From: Candidatus Latescibacterota bacterium
GTDB taxonomy: Bacteria; Latescibacterota; UBA2968
Length of the DNA: 64,000 nt
Direction: 5' to 3'
Assembly (NCBI GenBank): GCA_965207885.1
Contig: OZ242311.1
Location: 2,336,001 to 2,400,000, forward strand
Shown: positions 40,180 to 50,490 of the stretch, piece after piece
Position numbering within the stretch: the first letter of the stretch is position 1
How the letters are laid out: the number at the start of each line of letters is the position of its first letter
Program-made: the position numbers and the translations under genes
Notes under the pieces: model-generated
What the model was told of the DNA's origin: nothing
The model's input: only the letters and a program-made list of their open reading frames with translations
The model's database searches: none

Positions 40180-41400
40180 ATGGACCAACGCGTTCTAAAC
40201 AGCCCTGTTGAGGTTGCAGATCGCATTGAGAGTCTGGATGTGTTGCGCGGCTTTGCCGTGCTTGGCATTCTGGTCATGAATATCCAGTCATTTGCAATGC
40301 CTGGGGCGGCGTACCTGAATCCGACGGCTTACGGCGATCTCAATGGTATCAACTTTTTTACCTGGCTGGTTAGCTACCTGCTCGTTGATCAGAAGTTTAT
40401 GTCAATCTTTTCAATGCTCTTTGGCGCTGGGATCTGCCTATTTGCCGATCGCGCCGAGGCTCGCAGTGGTCGCTCCGCTGGCTTGCACTACCGCCGCACA
40501 TTTTATCTGCTCGTCTTCGGCCTTGTGCATGCCTATTTTTTGTGGTCGGGCGATATATTGGTTGCCTACGCGCTTTGCGGCTCCGTCATCTTTCTTTTTA
40601 AAAATCGTTCGCCGCGCCTGCTGGTGGTCATCGGCCTCGTTGTTTTTGCAGTGGCGAGTGTGCTGTCCATCGGAATAGGTCTGACAACAGAGTTTATTCC
40701 CGAAAAAGATGTGGCGGATATCACCGCGACGTGGGCACCGGATGCGGTCAAAATTGATGCGGAGTTGCTCGCTTATTGCAGCGGATGGTTCACACTGCAG
40801 GCACAACGAACCAGCGATACACTGGGAATGCACACGACGGTCCTGCCAATTGAAGTGTTTTGGCAATCCGCAGGTATCATGCTGTTGGGCATGGCCCTCT
40901 ACCGCTGGCACATCCTGAGCGCGGCCCGCAATGACCAATTCTACTGCTGCCTCGCGCTCATCGGGTTCGGTGTGGGCGTGCCGATTGTTGCTGCTGGAGC
41001 CTGGTGGAATTTTGCGGCCGGATGGAACTGGGAGCGTTCGATGTTCCTTGGGTCGCAGTTCAACTACTGGGGTAGCCTCTCTATGGCATTTGGATACGTG
41101 GGCATTGTGATGTTGGCGGTTCGGCGCGAATGGTTCTCCGCGTTACAGATGCGCCTGGCAGCAGCCGGGCGAATGGCGTTTACCGATTACATCGCTCAGA
41201 CGCTGATTTGTACGACTATTTTTTATGGGCATGGATTTGGGCTTTTCGGGCGGGTTGACCGCTGGCAACAGGCCATAGTCGTCATCGCTGTATGGGGCCT
41301 CCAACTCTGGTGGTCGCCGTTGCTGATGAGACGCTTTCGATATGGTCCGTTGGAATGGAGTTGGCGGGCACTGACCTACTGGCGGATCCCAGGACAATAG
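40180..41400 (+). CDS. DUF418 (YeiB-like) membrane protein
   Basis: RIESLDVLRGFA, KFMSIFSMLFG, GDIL and GPLEW motifs. Confidence 0.92.
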   Translation: MDQRVLNSPVEVADRIESLDVLRGFAVLGILVMNIQSFAMPGAAYLNPTAYGDLNGINFFTWLVSYLLVDQKFMSIFSMLFGAGICLFADRAEARSGRSAGLHYRRTFYLLVFGLVHAYFLWSGDILVAYALCGSVIFLFKNRSPRLLVVIGLVVFAVASVLSIGIGLTTEFIPEKDVADITATWAPDAVKIDAELLAYCSGWFTLQAQRTSDTLGMHTTVLPIEVFWQSAGIMLLGMALYRWHILSAARNDQFYCCLALIGFGVGVPIVAAGAWWNFAAGWNWERSMFLGSQFNYWGSLSMAFGYVGIVMLAVRREWFSALQMRLAAAGRMAFTDYIAQTLICTTIFYGHGFGLFGRVDRWQQAIVVIAVWGLQLWWSPLLMRRFRYGPLEWSWRALTYWRIPGQ

Positions 41401-41436
41401 CGCGAATTTTGCTTCACACGATTCAAAGGAGAAGAT

Positions 41437-42678
41437 ATGGATAAACTCAAACTCGCTCTAATTGGTTGTGGCGGTATGGGGACGCGCCATTTGTATGGGT
41501 TGCGCGAACTGGCGAAGACGCCGTTTAATAATATTGAATTGTGCGCTTTGTGCGATCTCAATCGGGATAACGCAGAATTGGCCGCGCGAGAGGCCGAGCA
41601 GTTGCTCGGTTCAAGACCTCCCGTATTTACATCCATAGAAGAGATGGCGCAAGCGATTCCCGATTTGATGGCTGTCGATGTGGTCACCGATCCGTCGGTG
41701 CATCACACGGTGGTGTGTGAGGCTCTGGACCTGGGATTGCACGTGCTGGTTGAAAAACCTATGGCGATTTCTGTCAAAGCATGCCATGCTATGAATGAGG
41801 CGGCGGAGCGCAACGGGCGAAAACTGTCGGTTGCTGAAAATTATCGGCGCGATCCTTCGGCAAGGCTGACGCGCCATTTGTTGGATACCGGGCGGATCGG
41901 AACGCCTTATATGGCGACGCTCCACGCCTTGCGCGGCGGCAATGAAATTTTTATTACGCCCTGGCGGCATTTGAAAGACCGCGGGGGACCGTTGATTGAT
42001 ATGGGAGTGCATTATGCGGATCTGATTCGGTATCAACTCGGCGATGTGGTCGAGGTGTATGGCGATACGCGTCTGGTGGAGCCGGTGCGAAAAAAACAAC
42101 AGTCCATTGGCGATCGGTATGAATTTTATCAGCAGCGTTTTCGCGCGATGCCCAACGAAGTTCCCGCTACGGCAGAAGATACGGCGATGGCGATGATGAA
42201 GATGGAAAGCGGCGTGATGGTGAGTTTTATTGTGGGCATTGGGGGGCACGGCGCATGCCGCAGTCAGTTGATTTTGGGCGATAAAGGGTGTTTGCAGAGC
42301 TATGGCAGCCGCGGGAGTCAGGCGATATGGCAATCGGCAGATGGGGAGGTGAGAGATCAGAATGCGATTCTGAGTGCTGTTGACGATTTTGAATTGCATC
42401 CTCTCTTAGGTCATTTTTTTCCCACCAAAAACAGCGTGGGCGATCAGGCAGTGGATTGGAAATTGATCGCTTATGAACAATACGAACTCGCCTGTGCTGT
42501 CCTGAATGATGACCCGATTGAGGTCGATGGCCTTGAGGGAATGAAGGATGTTGCGGCAATTTATGCGATTTGCGAGTCTGCTCGCGCAGGTCGCACTGTG
42601 ACGGCCGCAGAGATCGAAAGCGGCGAGTTGTATGAATATCAAGCAGAGATCGATGCGGCGTTGAACATCAACACTTAA
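41437..42678 (+). CDS. Gfo/Idh/MocA oxidoreductase
   Basis: IGCGGMG, VEKPMA and DMGVHYAD motifs. Confidence 0.92.
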   Translation: MDKLKLALIGCGGMGTRHLYGLRELAKTPFNNIELCALCDLNRDNAELAAREAEQLLGSRPPVFTSIEEMAQAIPDLMAVDVVTDPSVHHTVVCEALDLGLHVLVEKPMAISVKACHAMNEAAERNGRKLSVAENYRRDPSARLTRHLLDTGRIGTPYMATLHALRGGNEIFITPWRHLKDRGGPLIDMGVHYADLIRYQLGDVVEVYGDTRLVEPVRKKQQSIGDRYEFYQQRFRAMPNEVPATAEDTAMAMMKMESGVMVSFIVGIGGHGACRSQLILGDKGCLQSYGSRGSQAIWQSADGEVRDQNAILSAVDDFELHPLLGHFFPTKNSVGDQAVDWKLIAYEQYELACAVLNDDPIEVDGLEGMKDVAAIYAICESARAGRTVTAAEIESGELYEYQAEIDAALNINT

Positions 42679-42679
42679 A

Positions 42680-43057
42680 ATGGAGGAAAGACAGATGGTG
42701 ATTCGCAATTGGCAAGATGCCACGCCCACAGTGGGCCATGAAACGGCGTTGATCTGGTCGATTTTCAGGCAGAAGGGGTCTGCTGGTTTGAGCGAGGAAG
42801 AAGCACCGATGTTGGCAGCATCGGGATTTACCCTGCACATGATGCAGAGCCGCAAGGCGGGCGATTACCACATGCACGATGACAAAGAACAGATTTATTA
42901 TTTTACGCGCGGCCATGGCAAGATGAAGATCGATGACGAGATTTATCCCGTGGAGCCGGGCGATGCCGTACATTTACCGCCTTATACGTATCACCAGTTG
43001 ATCAATGACAGCGACGATTGGATTGAACACATCCTGGTGACTGTGCCGGTGGGTTAA
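42680..43057 (+). CDS. Cupin domain protein
   Basis: HMHDDKEQIYY and PGDAVHLPP..YH motifs. Confidence 0.88.
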   Translation: MEERQMVIRNWQDATPTVGHETALIWSIFRQKGSAGLSEEEAPMLAASGFTLHMMQSRKAGDYHMHDDKEQIYYFTRGHGKMKIDDEIYPVEPGDAVHLPPYTYHQLINDSDDWIEHILVTVPVG

Positions 43058-44076
43058 GGGTACAGGACGTATTTTAATCCCTCCTGTCGCTCTGCGCCAT
43101 CAAATGCTTGTTCCCAATTTTCGAGTGGCAGCCTGTGGGATATGTATGCCGAGGGATCTATTGTTTTGGCGATGACCATTTCGAGGGCGCGTTGCCAGCT
43201 GGGCCAGTTCTGGGCAATAGAACTGTTTATGGAGAGCTGTTTGTAGATGATTTTGCCCCAATTCACTTCAACGGGGTGTTCGACCAGTGCCACCTGTGTG
43301 AATGTGCCGAGGGGACGCACGGCGTCGAGGCATTGATCGATGGAGGCAGCAGCACCAGCACATTCGATGACAATATCGGCACCGTCGCTGTTGAGCGAGC
43401 GGATATATTCGGATATATTTTCGCGCGTGACATCCACGGTGTGTTCTGCGCTTTTGGCCATAGCGAGGCGATGGGCGTCGCGGTCTGTTCCGCAGACAAT
43501 AACGCGCCCGCCTGCGAGTCTGGCGAGGTCGGCACACATCAGGCCAATGGGACCGGGACCAGAAACGAGTACCAGGTCGCCGGGTACGATTTTTGTGTGA
43601 AAAAGAACGGCTTTGATGCAGCAGGCGAGGGGTTCAACAAGCGCGGCGGTGTCATAGGAGACGGATTCGGGAAGCGGGAAGGCGAGGTTTTGGGGAATGA
43701 CGCAGTATTCGGCAAATCCGCCGTCGCGCATGCTGCCAACAGATTTGCGCTGGGGGCAAAAGAAAAATTCGCTTGCTCGACAATAGCGACAGTGCCCACA
43801 CGCGCCACTGGCTGTGGGAAGGACCGTGACGTGGTCGCCTGTTTTGATGCGGGTGACATTGGCGCCGACTTTGACGACTTCACCTGAAAGTTCATGGCAA
43901 AGCGTGACAGGTGGGCGAGAGCCATAACCGCCGTGGCGAATGTGGAGATCGGTGCCGCAGAGTCCGCCGCGCTGAACGGCGATTTTAATGTCGTCGGGAT
44001 GTTCGATATCCGGTTCTGGTATGTCGCATAAGGCGATGTGTCCAGGACCGGGTTTTAGTTTGCGTACAGCGCGCAT
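43054..44076 (-). CDS. Zn-dependent alcohol/polyol dehydrogenase (MDR)
   Basis: GLCGTDLH, CHE, CGHCRYC..C and GPGPIG motifs. Confidence 0.92.
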   Translation of the reverse strand: MRAVRKLKPGPGHIALCDIPEPDIEHPDDIKIAVQRGGLCGTDLHIRHGGYGSRPPVTLCHELSGEVVKVGANVTRIKTGDHVTVLPTASGACGHCRYCRASEFFFCPQRKSVGSMRDGGFAEYCVIPQNLAFPLPESVSYDTAALVEPLACCIKAVLFHTKIVPGDLVLVSGPGPIGLMCADLARLAGGRVIVCGTDRDAHRLAMAKSAEHTVDVTRENISEYIRSLNSDGADIVIECAGAAASIDQCLDAVRPLGTFTQVALVEHPVEVNWGKIIYKQLSINSSIAQNWPSWQRALEMVIAKTIDPSAYISHRLPLENWEQAFDGAERQEGLKYVLYP

Positions 44077-44202
44077 GGTATTTGGTCAGTTCAAAGGATA
44101 TGTATTTGGGGCGTTTACTTTGCTATTATGCACAATCTTTACATGGTAGGCAATCACTGTTTGTGTGGAGGAGACATCGGATGCGGTGCCAGGGCGACTT
44201 CT

Positions 44203-46134
44203 CTATACCCGATCCACCCAGATCGGAGACGACCAGCCCATCTCGCCATCGGTCTGGATTACGCGGATGTAGTAATGGGTATTCGCCTCAAGCACCGTGG
44301 TGTCCCGCCACTGCAAACGATAGATATCCTGTCTATCCCGGTGGGGAGGCGTTCCAGTCTCAACGACCTTTCCGTTCTGCACGACCTCAACGCGATCGAT
44401 CGCGTCTGTACCCCGGATGTAGGCATAGATCTCTCTCGACACCTCCTCATTGACCTGCAGAATGCTCCCCATAGGCTGATCGTTGATCGTAAAATCCAGG
44501 ATAATGCGAGCGCCCGTAGTGCCGTAACAGCGACGGCTTTTGAGCGCATCGAAGAGCGCCTCCCGTGTCAGCTCTGGCGCCCAGACCGCTGCAAGTCCTC
44601 CTGGAAAAGGCGTATGGGCCTGTCGGTCGTGCTGATAGCTCCGTCCCGGCATGCCCACATGGTTGTCGCTGCTGGCGATCATACCCAGTCGGTAACCCCG
44701 TCTCAGTGCTTCCCATGCCCCAGCCCCCGGCGTCACCCCCTTGTCCCACCGGTCCATTGAGGGATTTTCAGATTGTCCCCAGCACGAATAGATCTCCATT
44801 AAAGGTTCCAGGTCCGGATCGTGAAGTGACCAATCTGTCCACGTCTTGACGTGATGCGGGATCAACATCACATCCCTGCGTCCTCGATAGTACTCGTACA
44901 GAAAATCGGGCATATAGCTGAACGTCCCGGCATCCTGAGGCGGCTCAACCGCAACGTCCCGAAAATACACATTCCGATGGCCCACTGGAGAGCCAGCCTC
45001 ATAGGACTTGAACGTTACAAATTCTCCCGGTCGATAATACTCAATGGCCTTCTGCTGGAGAAGCTCCCAGCCCACGCCTGTAATCGCGCCCTGATCAGTA
45101 ATGGACACAAAATCGAGCAGCGATACATCCCGGGCGTACTGATACACATCGTCCGGCGTGCCGCAGGAAATGCCCTTGGACCAGCCCGGTTGGCGGGCGT
45201 CCTTTTTTTGCGAGTGCATCACGTGATATTCACTCTGGGCGTGCAGGTCCCCCCAGAAAAGCTGCAAATTGTCCTCATCCGAGTGAATGCACGGATTGGA
45301 AGTCCCCCAGATCTGTTCTCCCCCCGAATCGGTCAGCGTCACCCTCTCAAAAATGGCTCCCGAATTTTCCAGTTCCACTTTAACCGGCTGCAATCCGGAA
45401 AATCGGACATTGCCCACCCGGCGCCAGTGCTCGTCGCGCAGGATCAGGGACCTGGGCAGATCGCCGTTCGGACGGCAGTGACAGGCATCTGTCAGAGCAA
45501 TCCGCACCGGGGGTACGGGTCCCGTAATCAAAGACGGGACTACTACATTGGCCCGTGCAGGAGCGCCTGACACCACGTCCAGTTCAACCGGCGCGCCTTT
45601 GGGGCGCATCCAATTCCCATCGCCCGAGTCCACATATACCGAAATCGTCAGTTCGTCTTCCGGAAAGGTCTGAACCCTTACACCGCGTCTCACAAACCGA
45701 GGGTCACCGTAAGTCAACACTATCTGGTCTCCTCCGGCCAGAGGCCCATCCTCTACCGTCGCCGTGATCCACCATCGCCAATAAGCCTCTGCAGGGTCTT
45801 CATCGGGAATCAGCATGCGCTCCATCGTCTCGAGGTGCAGCACAGCGTCTCCCTGGGTGACTATCTCTGCTGTCGTGTTGACCGCATAAAAGGGTGCGTA
45901 CTTTCGATCTTTTCCCCGCACCAGTTCGTCCCAGTATCGGAGTTGGGGCACCACGACAGGCTCCCACCCGGTATTGGGCATCCCAACACGCAACCGCGCA
46001 CCTTCAGCCAGGCCGTCCTCGCCTGTTGTAAACGTTAACGTCAAGGTCACATATGAGCCGGTGACAAAGGGACCCTCTGGTGAAAGCGTCACCTGACCAG
46101 TTGCGTCGTCCTGAGAAAAAATCATACCCGCCAC
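44203..46134 (-). CDS. DUF3604/CehA-McbA-like PHP metallohydrolase
   Basis: WGDLHAQS, ITD, GHRNV, IPHH, SSDNH and RRCYGTTG motifs. Confidence 0.8.
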   Translation of the reverse strand: MAGMIFSQDDATGQVTLSPEGPFVTGSYVTLTLTFTTGEDGLAEGARLRVGMPNTGWEPVVVPQLRYWDELVRGKDRKYAPFYAVNTTAEIVTQGDAVLHLETMERMLIPDEDPAEAYWRWWITATVEDGPLAGGDQIVLTYGDPRFVRRGVRVQTFPEDELTISVYVDSGDGNWMRPKGAPVELDVVSGAPARANVVVPSLITGPVPPVRIALTDACHCRPNGDLPRSLILRDEHWRRVGNVRFSGLQPVKVELENSGAIFERVTLTDSGGEQIWGTSNPCIHSDEDNLQLFWGDLHAQSEYHVMHSQKKDARQPGWSKGISCGTPDDVYQYARDVSLLDFVSITDQGAITGVGWELLQQKAIEYYRPGEFVTFKSYEAGSPVGHRNVYFRDVAVEPPQDAGTFSYMPDFLYEYYRGRRDVMLIPHHVKTWTDWSLHDPDLEPLMEIYSCWGQSENPSMDRWDKGVTPGAGAWEALRRGYRLGMIASSDNHVGMPGRSYQHDRQAHTPFPGGLAAVWAPELTREALFDALKSRRCYGTTGARIILDFTINDQPMGSILQVNEEVSREIYAYIRGTDAIDRVEVVQNGKVVETGTPPHRDRQDIYRLQWRDTTVLEANTHYYIRVIQTDGEMGWSSPIWVDRV

Positions 46135-46193
46135 CTCGTTTAAGTCCGGCTATTGATCGCTCATTGATTGACGATCTCAACGGATATTACCTG

Positions 46194-47360
46194 TCACGGA
46201 TAAACCACATATTGAGATAGGGCATCTTCGTCCATCTCAATTCCCAGCCCCGACCCCTCAGGCAGGCGGAAATGGCCCTCCTCACACACGATGGGTCGTT
46301 TCAAAAACTGGTTGGAAAGACCGAGCATCAGCGGTTGATACTCCTGGAAAATCAAATTCGGAATGGCCAATGCCACATGGATTGAAGCCGCGATACTGGG
46401 CGGCAGACAGATCCCTGCATGCAGCGCAATGGGGATATTGAATGTTTCGGCCAGATCGGCAATTTTCCTGGTTTCCGTAATTCCGCAACGCCCCACATCG
46501 GGCTGTGCGATATCCAGCCCCCGCGCCTGAAACCAGTTGAGAAATTGGTACCGCGTTGTCTCGGTCTCTCCGGCCGCAACGAACATATCCAGTTCCCGGG
46601 CAATCTCCGCGTGGCCCTCGATATCTTCCGGGCTGGTCGGCGTTTCAAACCAGAACACCCCCAGGCGCTCCAGGTACCGTCCCAATTGCAGGGCCGTCGG
46701 TGTGTCATAATTCCACAGTGCATCCACCATCAGTCGGACATTTGGCCCCACAGCATCTCGAATTCCCTCGACGTGTTTTAAATCTCTTTCAATTCCGAAG
46801 CCCAAAAACATCTTGAGCGCCCGGAAACCCTCCGATATATGCCCGCGTGCCGTCTCTGCCATTTCCTCAATTGAGTTTCCCCGCACCCCCGAAACATAAA
46901 CCGGTACTCGATCCCGAAAAGCCCCGCCGAGAAGTTCTACTACCGGCGCACCCAGCTTCTGCCCCTGGATATCCCACAGGGCGGAATCTACTGCCGCAAG
47001 GCCGTGTACCATAAACCCGGAGTAGTGTCCCCGCAGGTTCATCGCGTGATACATCTCGTGTTTCAATACTCCCCACTCGGCCGGGTCTCTTCCGATCAGA
47101 ATCGGCCTTAGCACCTTGTCGATTACCATCGCCGTCACCTCCGGGCCGATTGGTGCCTGTCCCTCTCCCCACCCCACAATGCCACTGTCGGTCTCCACTT
47201 TGACCAGCGTCGTCTCGGTCTGGCGGGAATAGAGTCCGCGCCATCCCGGCTGCACATCGTAGGTCCGCTCCTTCGTCCGCTCTTCTTCCACTCCCTTTCC
47301 GCCAAAGGTATCTTCCCGGGGAATTTTAATCGCCATCGGCTTGATATCGGTAATTTTCAT
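46194..47360 (-). CDS. Mandelate racemase/muconate lactonizing enzyme family
   Basis: GWGE, DSALWD, LMVDA, FETP, AGE and QPD motifs. Confidence 0.9.
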   Translation of the reverse strand: MKITDIKPMAIKIPREDTFGGKGVEEERTKERTYDVQPGWRGLYSRQTETTLVKVETDSGIVGWGEGQAPIGPEVTAMVIDKVLRPILIGRDPAEWGVLKHEMYHAMNLRGHYSGFMVHGLAAVDSALWDIQGQKLGAPVVELLGGAFRDRVPVYVSGVRGNSIEEMAETARGHISEGFRALKMFLGFGIERDLKHVEGIRDAVGPNVRLMVDALWNYDTPTALQLGRYLERLGVFWFETPTSPEDIEGHAEIARELDMFVAAGETETTRYQFLNWFQARGLDIAQPDVGRCGITETRKIADLAETFNIPIALHAGICLPPSIAASIHVALAIPNLIFQEYQPLMLGLSNQFLKRPIVCEEGHFRLPEGSGLGIEMDEDALSQYVVYP

Positions 47361-47371
47361 CTTTTTATCCC

Positions 47372-49090
47372 TTATGGGTCCGTCTGTTCAGTCACAGTCC
47401 AAACCTGGTTGACGGGTATATTTTTCAGTACCTGTACCGTTCCGCTGGGCCACCGAATCATCAGGGTATCCACTGTTGAACGACTGCCTATCCCGAAGTG
47501 AACCCGGAGATCGTTCTGAGAGAGATAGCTTGATCCGCTCCGCACCTCCTTCACCTGCCTCAACCTCCCGGAGACCACCCTTACTTTGGCGCCGATTCCA
47601 TCCCGGTTGCTCACCGTCCCCACAGTTCGGACTGTCAGATAGTTGTTCTGATTTCCCCCGTCGTTGCGCAGCAGGTCCGCCCGCTCGTTGGAGTTGAGGA
47701 CAAACAGATCGACATCCCCGTCGTTGTCATAATCCCCAAACGCCGTTCCACGACTGGCTTTCACAAGGCGCATCCCATCTCCGGACTTCAGGGAAGTGTC
47801 GGCGAACGTCCCATCCCCGTTATTGTGAAAAAGGAGATTGCGCTGTGGATAAGAGGTTGATCCGTCCAGCTTTTCGATGTTGTCCTGCACGTGACCGTTG
47901 GCCGCGAAAAGGTCGCTGTACCCGTCGTTGTTATAGTCGAAAAAACCGACCCCCCATCCGAGGTAAGGTCGGGTGACTCTGCCCGTACCGGAGGCAAACG
48001 ACACATCGGTGAATGTCCCATCCCCGTTGTTGCGGTAGAGGGTATAAGTCTCATGCTGGAAATTGGTCACAATCAGATCCATCCACCCGTCGTTGTCGTA
48101 ATCGCCAGCATCCACGCCCATGCCTCCCTCCTCCTGGCCGTTCTCGTTGTAACCGACCCCGGAGATCAATCCCACATCGGTGAATGTCCCGTCTCCATTG
48201 TTCCGATAGAGGAAATTCCCAACCATATCGTTAGCCACATACAGATCGGGATCTCCATCGTCGTCGTAGTCTGTGACGACTACGCCCAGGCTTTTCCCTT
48301 CGGTATTGGCTACACCGGCTGCATCGGCTACATCGGTGAATGTCCCATCCCCGTTGTTTCGATAGAGTCGGTCGGGCGCACCATTGAAGTTGTGCGGATG
48401 GGGATATGTCTTCAGATCCGAGGCACCGGTGCCCTGATAATCGACGATATAGGGGATCAGATCAATTCGCGGATCGTCCAGAGAGTAATCGAGGTAGTTG
48501 GCCACGTAGAGGTCCAGATTCCCGTCGTTATCGTAGTCCAGAAACGAGCACCCCGATCCCCAGTGGCTGTCGCCCACGGCGGCGGCGTCCGTCACGTCGG
48601 TGAACGTCCCATCCCCGTTGTTTCGATAGAGGATGTTGGAACCGTAGTTGGTGACATAGAGGTCCAGGTCCCCGTCGTTGTCATAGTCGCCGGTAGCACA
48701 TCCCGTTCCGTATCCCGTGTCGCCCACGGCGGCGGCGTCCGTCACATCGGTGAATGTTCCATCTCCATTGTTCCGATAAAGCCTGTTCGTCGGCGTCTCA
48801 TTTCCTACAAACTCCGGAAGTGGGGCACCATTGACAGCATACAGGTCCAGGTCGCCATCGCCATCGCAGTCAAAAAAAGCGCAGCCTGCCCCCATCGTCT
48901 CTACAAAGTACTTTTGCCCACTCCCTCCGTGGACGTGGTAGAATTCGACCCCCGCCTGAACCGTGATATCTACAAATAGAACGCCCTGTGCATCGCCTGG
49001 ATCCCGTTTTGGACCACAGGTCAGGCCAAATAACGCGACGAGAACCATGAAACGGGTTGTCCACACTCGCGCAGAGTGAAACCAGAACAT
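47372..49090 (-). CDS. CRTAC1-family protein (FG-GAP/VCBS repeats + ASPIC/UnbV)
   Basis: Repeated DYDNDGDLDLYV and LYRNNGDGTFTDV; C-terminal SNRDGIGA..HFGIG..IRWPSG. Confidence 0.92.
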   Translation of the reverse strand: MFWFHSARVWTTRFMVLVALFGLTCGPKRDPGDAQGVLFVDITVQAGVEFYHVHGGSGQKYFVETMGAGCAFFDCDGDGDLDLYAVNGAPLPEFVGNETPTNRLYRNNGDGTFTDVTDAAAVGDTGYGTGCATGDYDNDGDLDLYVTNYGSNILYRNNGDGTFTDVTDAAAVGDSHWGSGCSFLDYDNDGNLDLYVANYLDYSLDDPRIDLIPYIVDYQGTGASDLKTYPHPHNFNGAPDRLYRNNGDGTFTDVADAAGVANTEGKSLGVVVTDYDDDGDPDLYVANDMVGNFLYRNNGDGTFTDVGLISGVGYNENGQEEGGMGVDAGDYDNDGWMDLIVTNFQHETYTLYRNNGDGTFTDVSFASGTGRVTRPYLGWGVGFFDYNNDGYSDLFAANGHVQDNIEKLDGSTSYPQRNLLFHNNGDGTFADTSLKSGDGMRLVKASRGTAFGDYDNDGDVDLFVLNSNERADLLRNDGGNQNNYLTVRTVGTVSNRDGIGAKVRVVSGRLRQVKEVRSGSSYLSQNDLRVHFGIGSRSTVDTLMIRWPSGTVQVLKNIPVNQVWTVTEQTDP

Positions 49091-49146
49091 CCTGAACGAT
49101 CCTTTCTATCCACCTTGCAGGTCCCAACACATCTGTAACGCCACCT

Positions 49147-50490
49147 TTAGGGCGCTTTGCGTGCGATCTCTTCTGCCTCTTCCAAATTTCTTTTCGTTTC
49201 GGGATCGGTCGGATCAATCGCAAGCGCCGCCTTCCAGGCCGCCACTGCTTCCAGCAATCGCCCTTGCGCTGCATAGATGACCCCGAGGTTGTTATGGGCC
49301 TTCAACAGATGGGGATCCAGGGCAATCGCCCGTTGATATTCGGCCATCGCCTTATCCAGCACACCCTGTTGCTGATGTACCGCACCCAACTCAACATGCG
49401 CTGGCGCAAACTCGGCGTCCAGCCCGATCGCCTTCTGGAACGCTGTTTTGGCCTCTCGATACATGCCTTGCTGTGCATAGACCAGGCCCAGATTGTGATG
49501 TGCATCTACCGAAACCGAGTCCAGCGCAATCGCCCGTTGAAATACCGTTTCAGCCTCTCGATACATGCCTTGCTGTGCATAGACCAGGCCCAGATTGTGA
49601 TGTGCATCTACCGAAACCGAGTCCAGCGCAATCGCCCGTTGAAACACCCTGGCAGCCCGCTCAAACCTTTCGTAGCGTGCGTGAATCACTCCCAACTCAA
49701 CGTAAACAGAAGGATCATTGGGACTTTGTCGAAGGACGGCTTCCGCCTGTTCTATCTCTTCCAGATACGCATACAGCCGTTTGAATATCTCCAACTCCCG
49801 CTCTCCCTCGTCGGTTTTTCCCTGTCTCATGTAGGCCATACCCAAACCGTAGTGGGACTTCGCGTGTTCCGGATCGATCTTCAGAGTCCGTTCGTACGCC
49901 TGAATGGCCTCCGGATACTTGCGCTGTTTTGAGTACGCGTTTCCCAACGCGTAGTGGGCATCTCGATAGTCGGGATCGCGCTGTATCGCCTTCTTGTATT
50001 TCGCTATGGCCCGGGCATACTCCTTTCCTTCCATGTAGATTTCCCCCAGATTGTAATATACCTGGGTCAGATCCGGGTTGATCGCGACCACCTTTTCATA
50101 GGCTCGAATTGCCTCCGTGTACTCGCCCTGCTGTGCAAGAACCCGGCCGAGGTTATAGTAGGCCTCCACAAAATCTGGTCGCAGAGCGATTACCTTGCGG
50201 AAGGCCTCCACCGCCTCATCGTATTTGCCATGGGATGTGTGAACAAGACCCAAACCAAAGTAGGGCATCGGAGAATCCGAGTCCAATTCGACTGCTTTTT
50301 GGAAGACCTCCATTGCCTTGTCGCGGTCACCCTGGTTTAAGTGAACCATCCCTAAATGAAACCTTATCTCCCCCCTGGACATGCCCTTCTCCTTTTCGGG
50401 ATACGGCCAGAAGTAGATGATAAGCCCGATCAACAGGAGGAGTACAGCGTATATCCAACCTCTTTTCCATTTTTTTAAGCCGGCATTCAC
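49147..50490 (-). CDS. Membrane-anchored tetratricopeptide repeat protein
   Basis: N-terminal TM and ~11 TPR units (AYYNLG, AHHNLG, AHNNLG). Confidence 0.92.
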   Translation of the reverse strand: MNAGLKKWKRGWIYAVLLLLIGLIIYFWPYPEKEKGMSRGEIRFHLGMVHLNQGDRDKAMEVFQKAVELDSDSPMPYFGLGLVHTSHGKYDEAVEAFRKVIALRPDFVEAYYNLGRVLAQQGEYTEAIRAYEKVVAINPDLTQVYYNLGEIYMEGKEYARAIAKYKKAIQRDPDYRDAHYALGNAYSKQRKYPEAIQAYERTLKIDPEHAKSHYGLGMAYMRQGKTDEGERELEIFKRLYAYLEEIEQAEAVLRQSPNDPSVYVELGVIHARYERFERAARVFQRAIALDSVSVDAHHNLGLVYAQQGMYREAETVFQRAIALDSVSVDAHHNLGLVYAQQGMYREAKTAFQKAIGLDAEFAPAHVELGAVHQQQGVLDKAMAEYQRAIALDPHLLKAHNNLGVIYAAQGRLLEAVAAWKAALAIDPTDPETKRNLEEAEEIARKAP

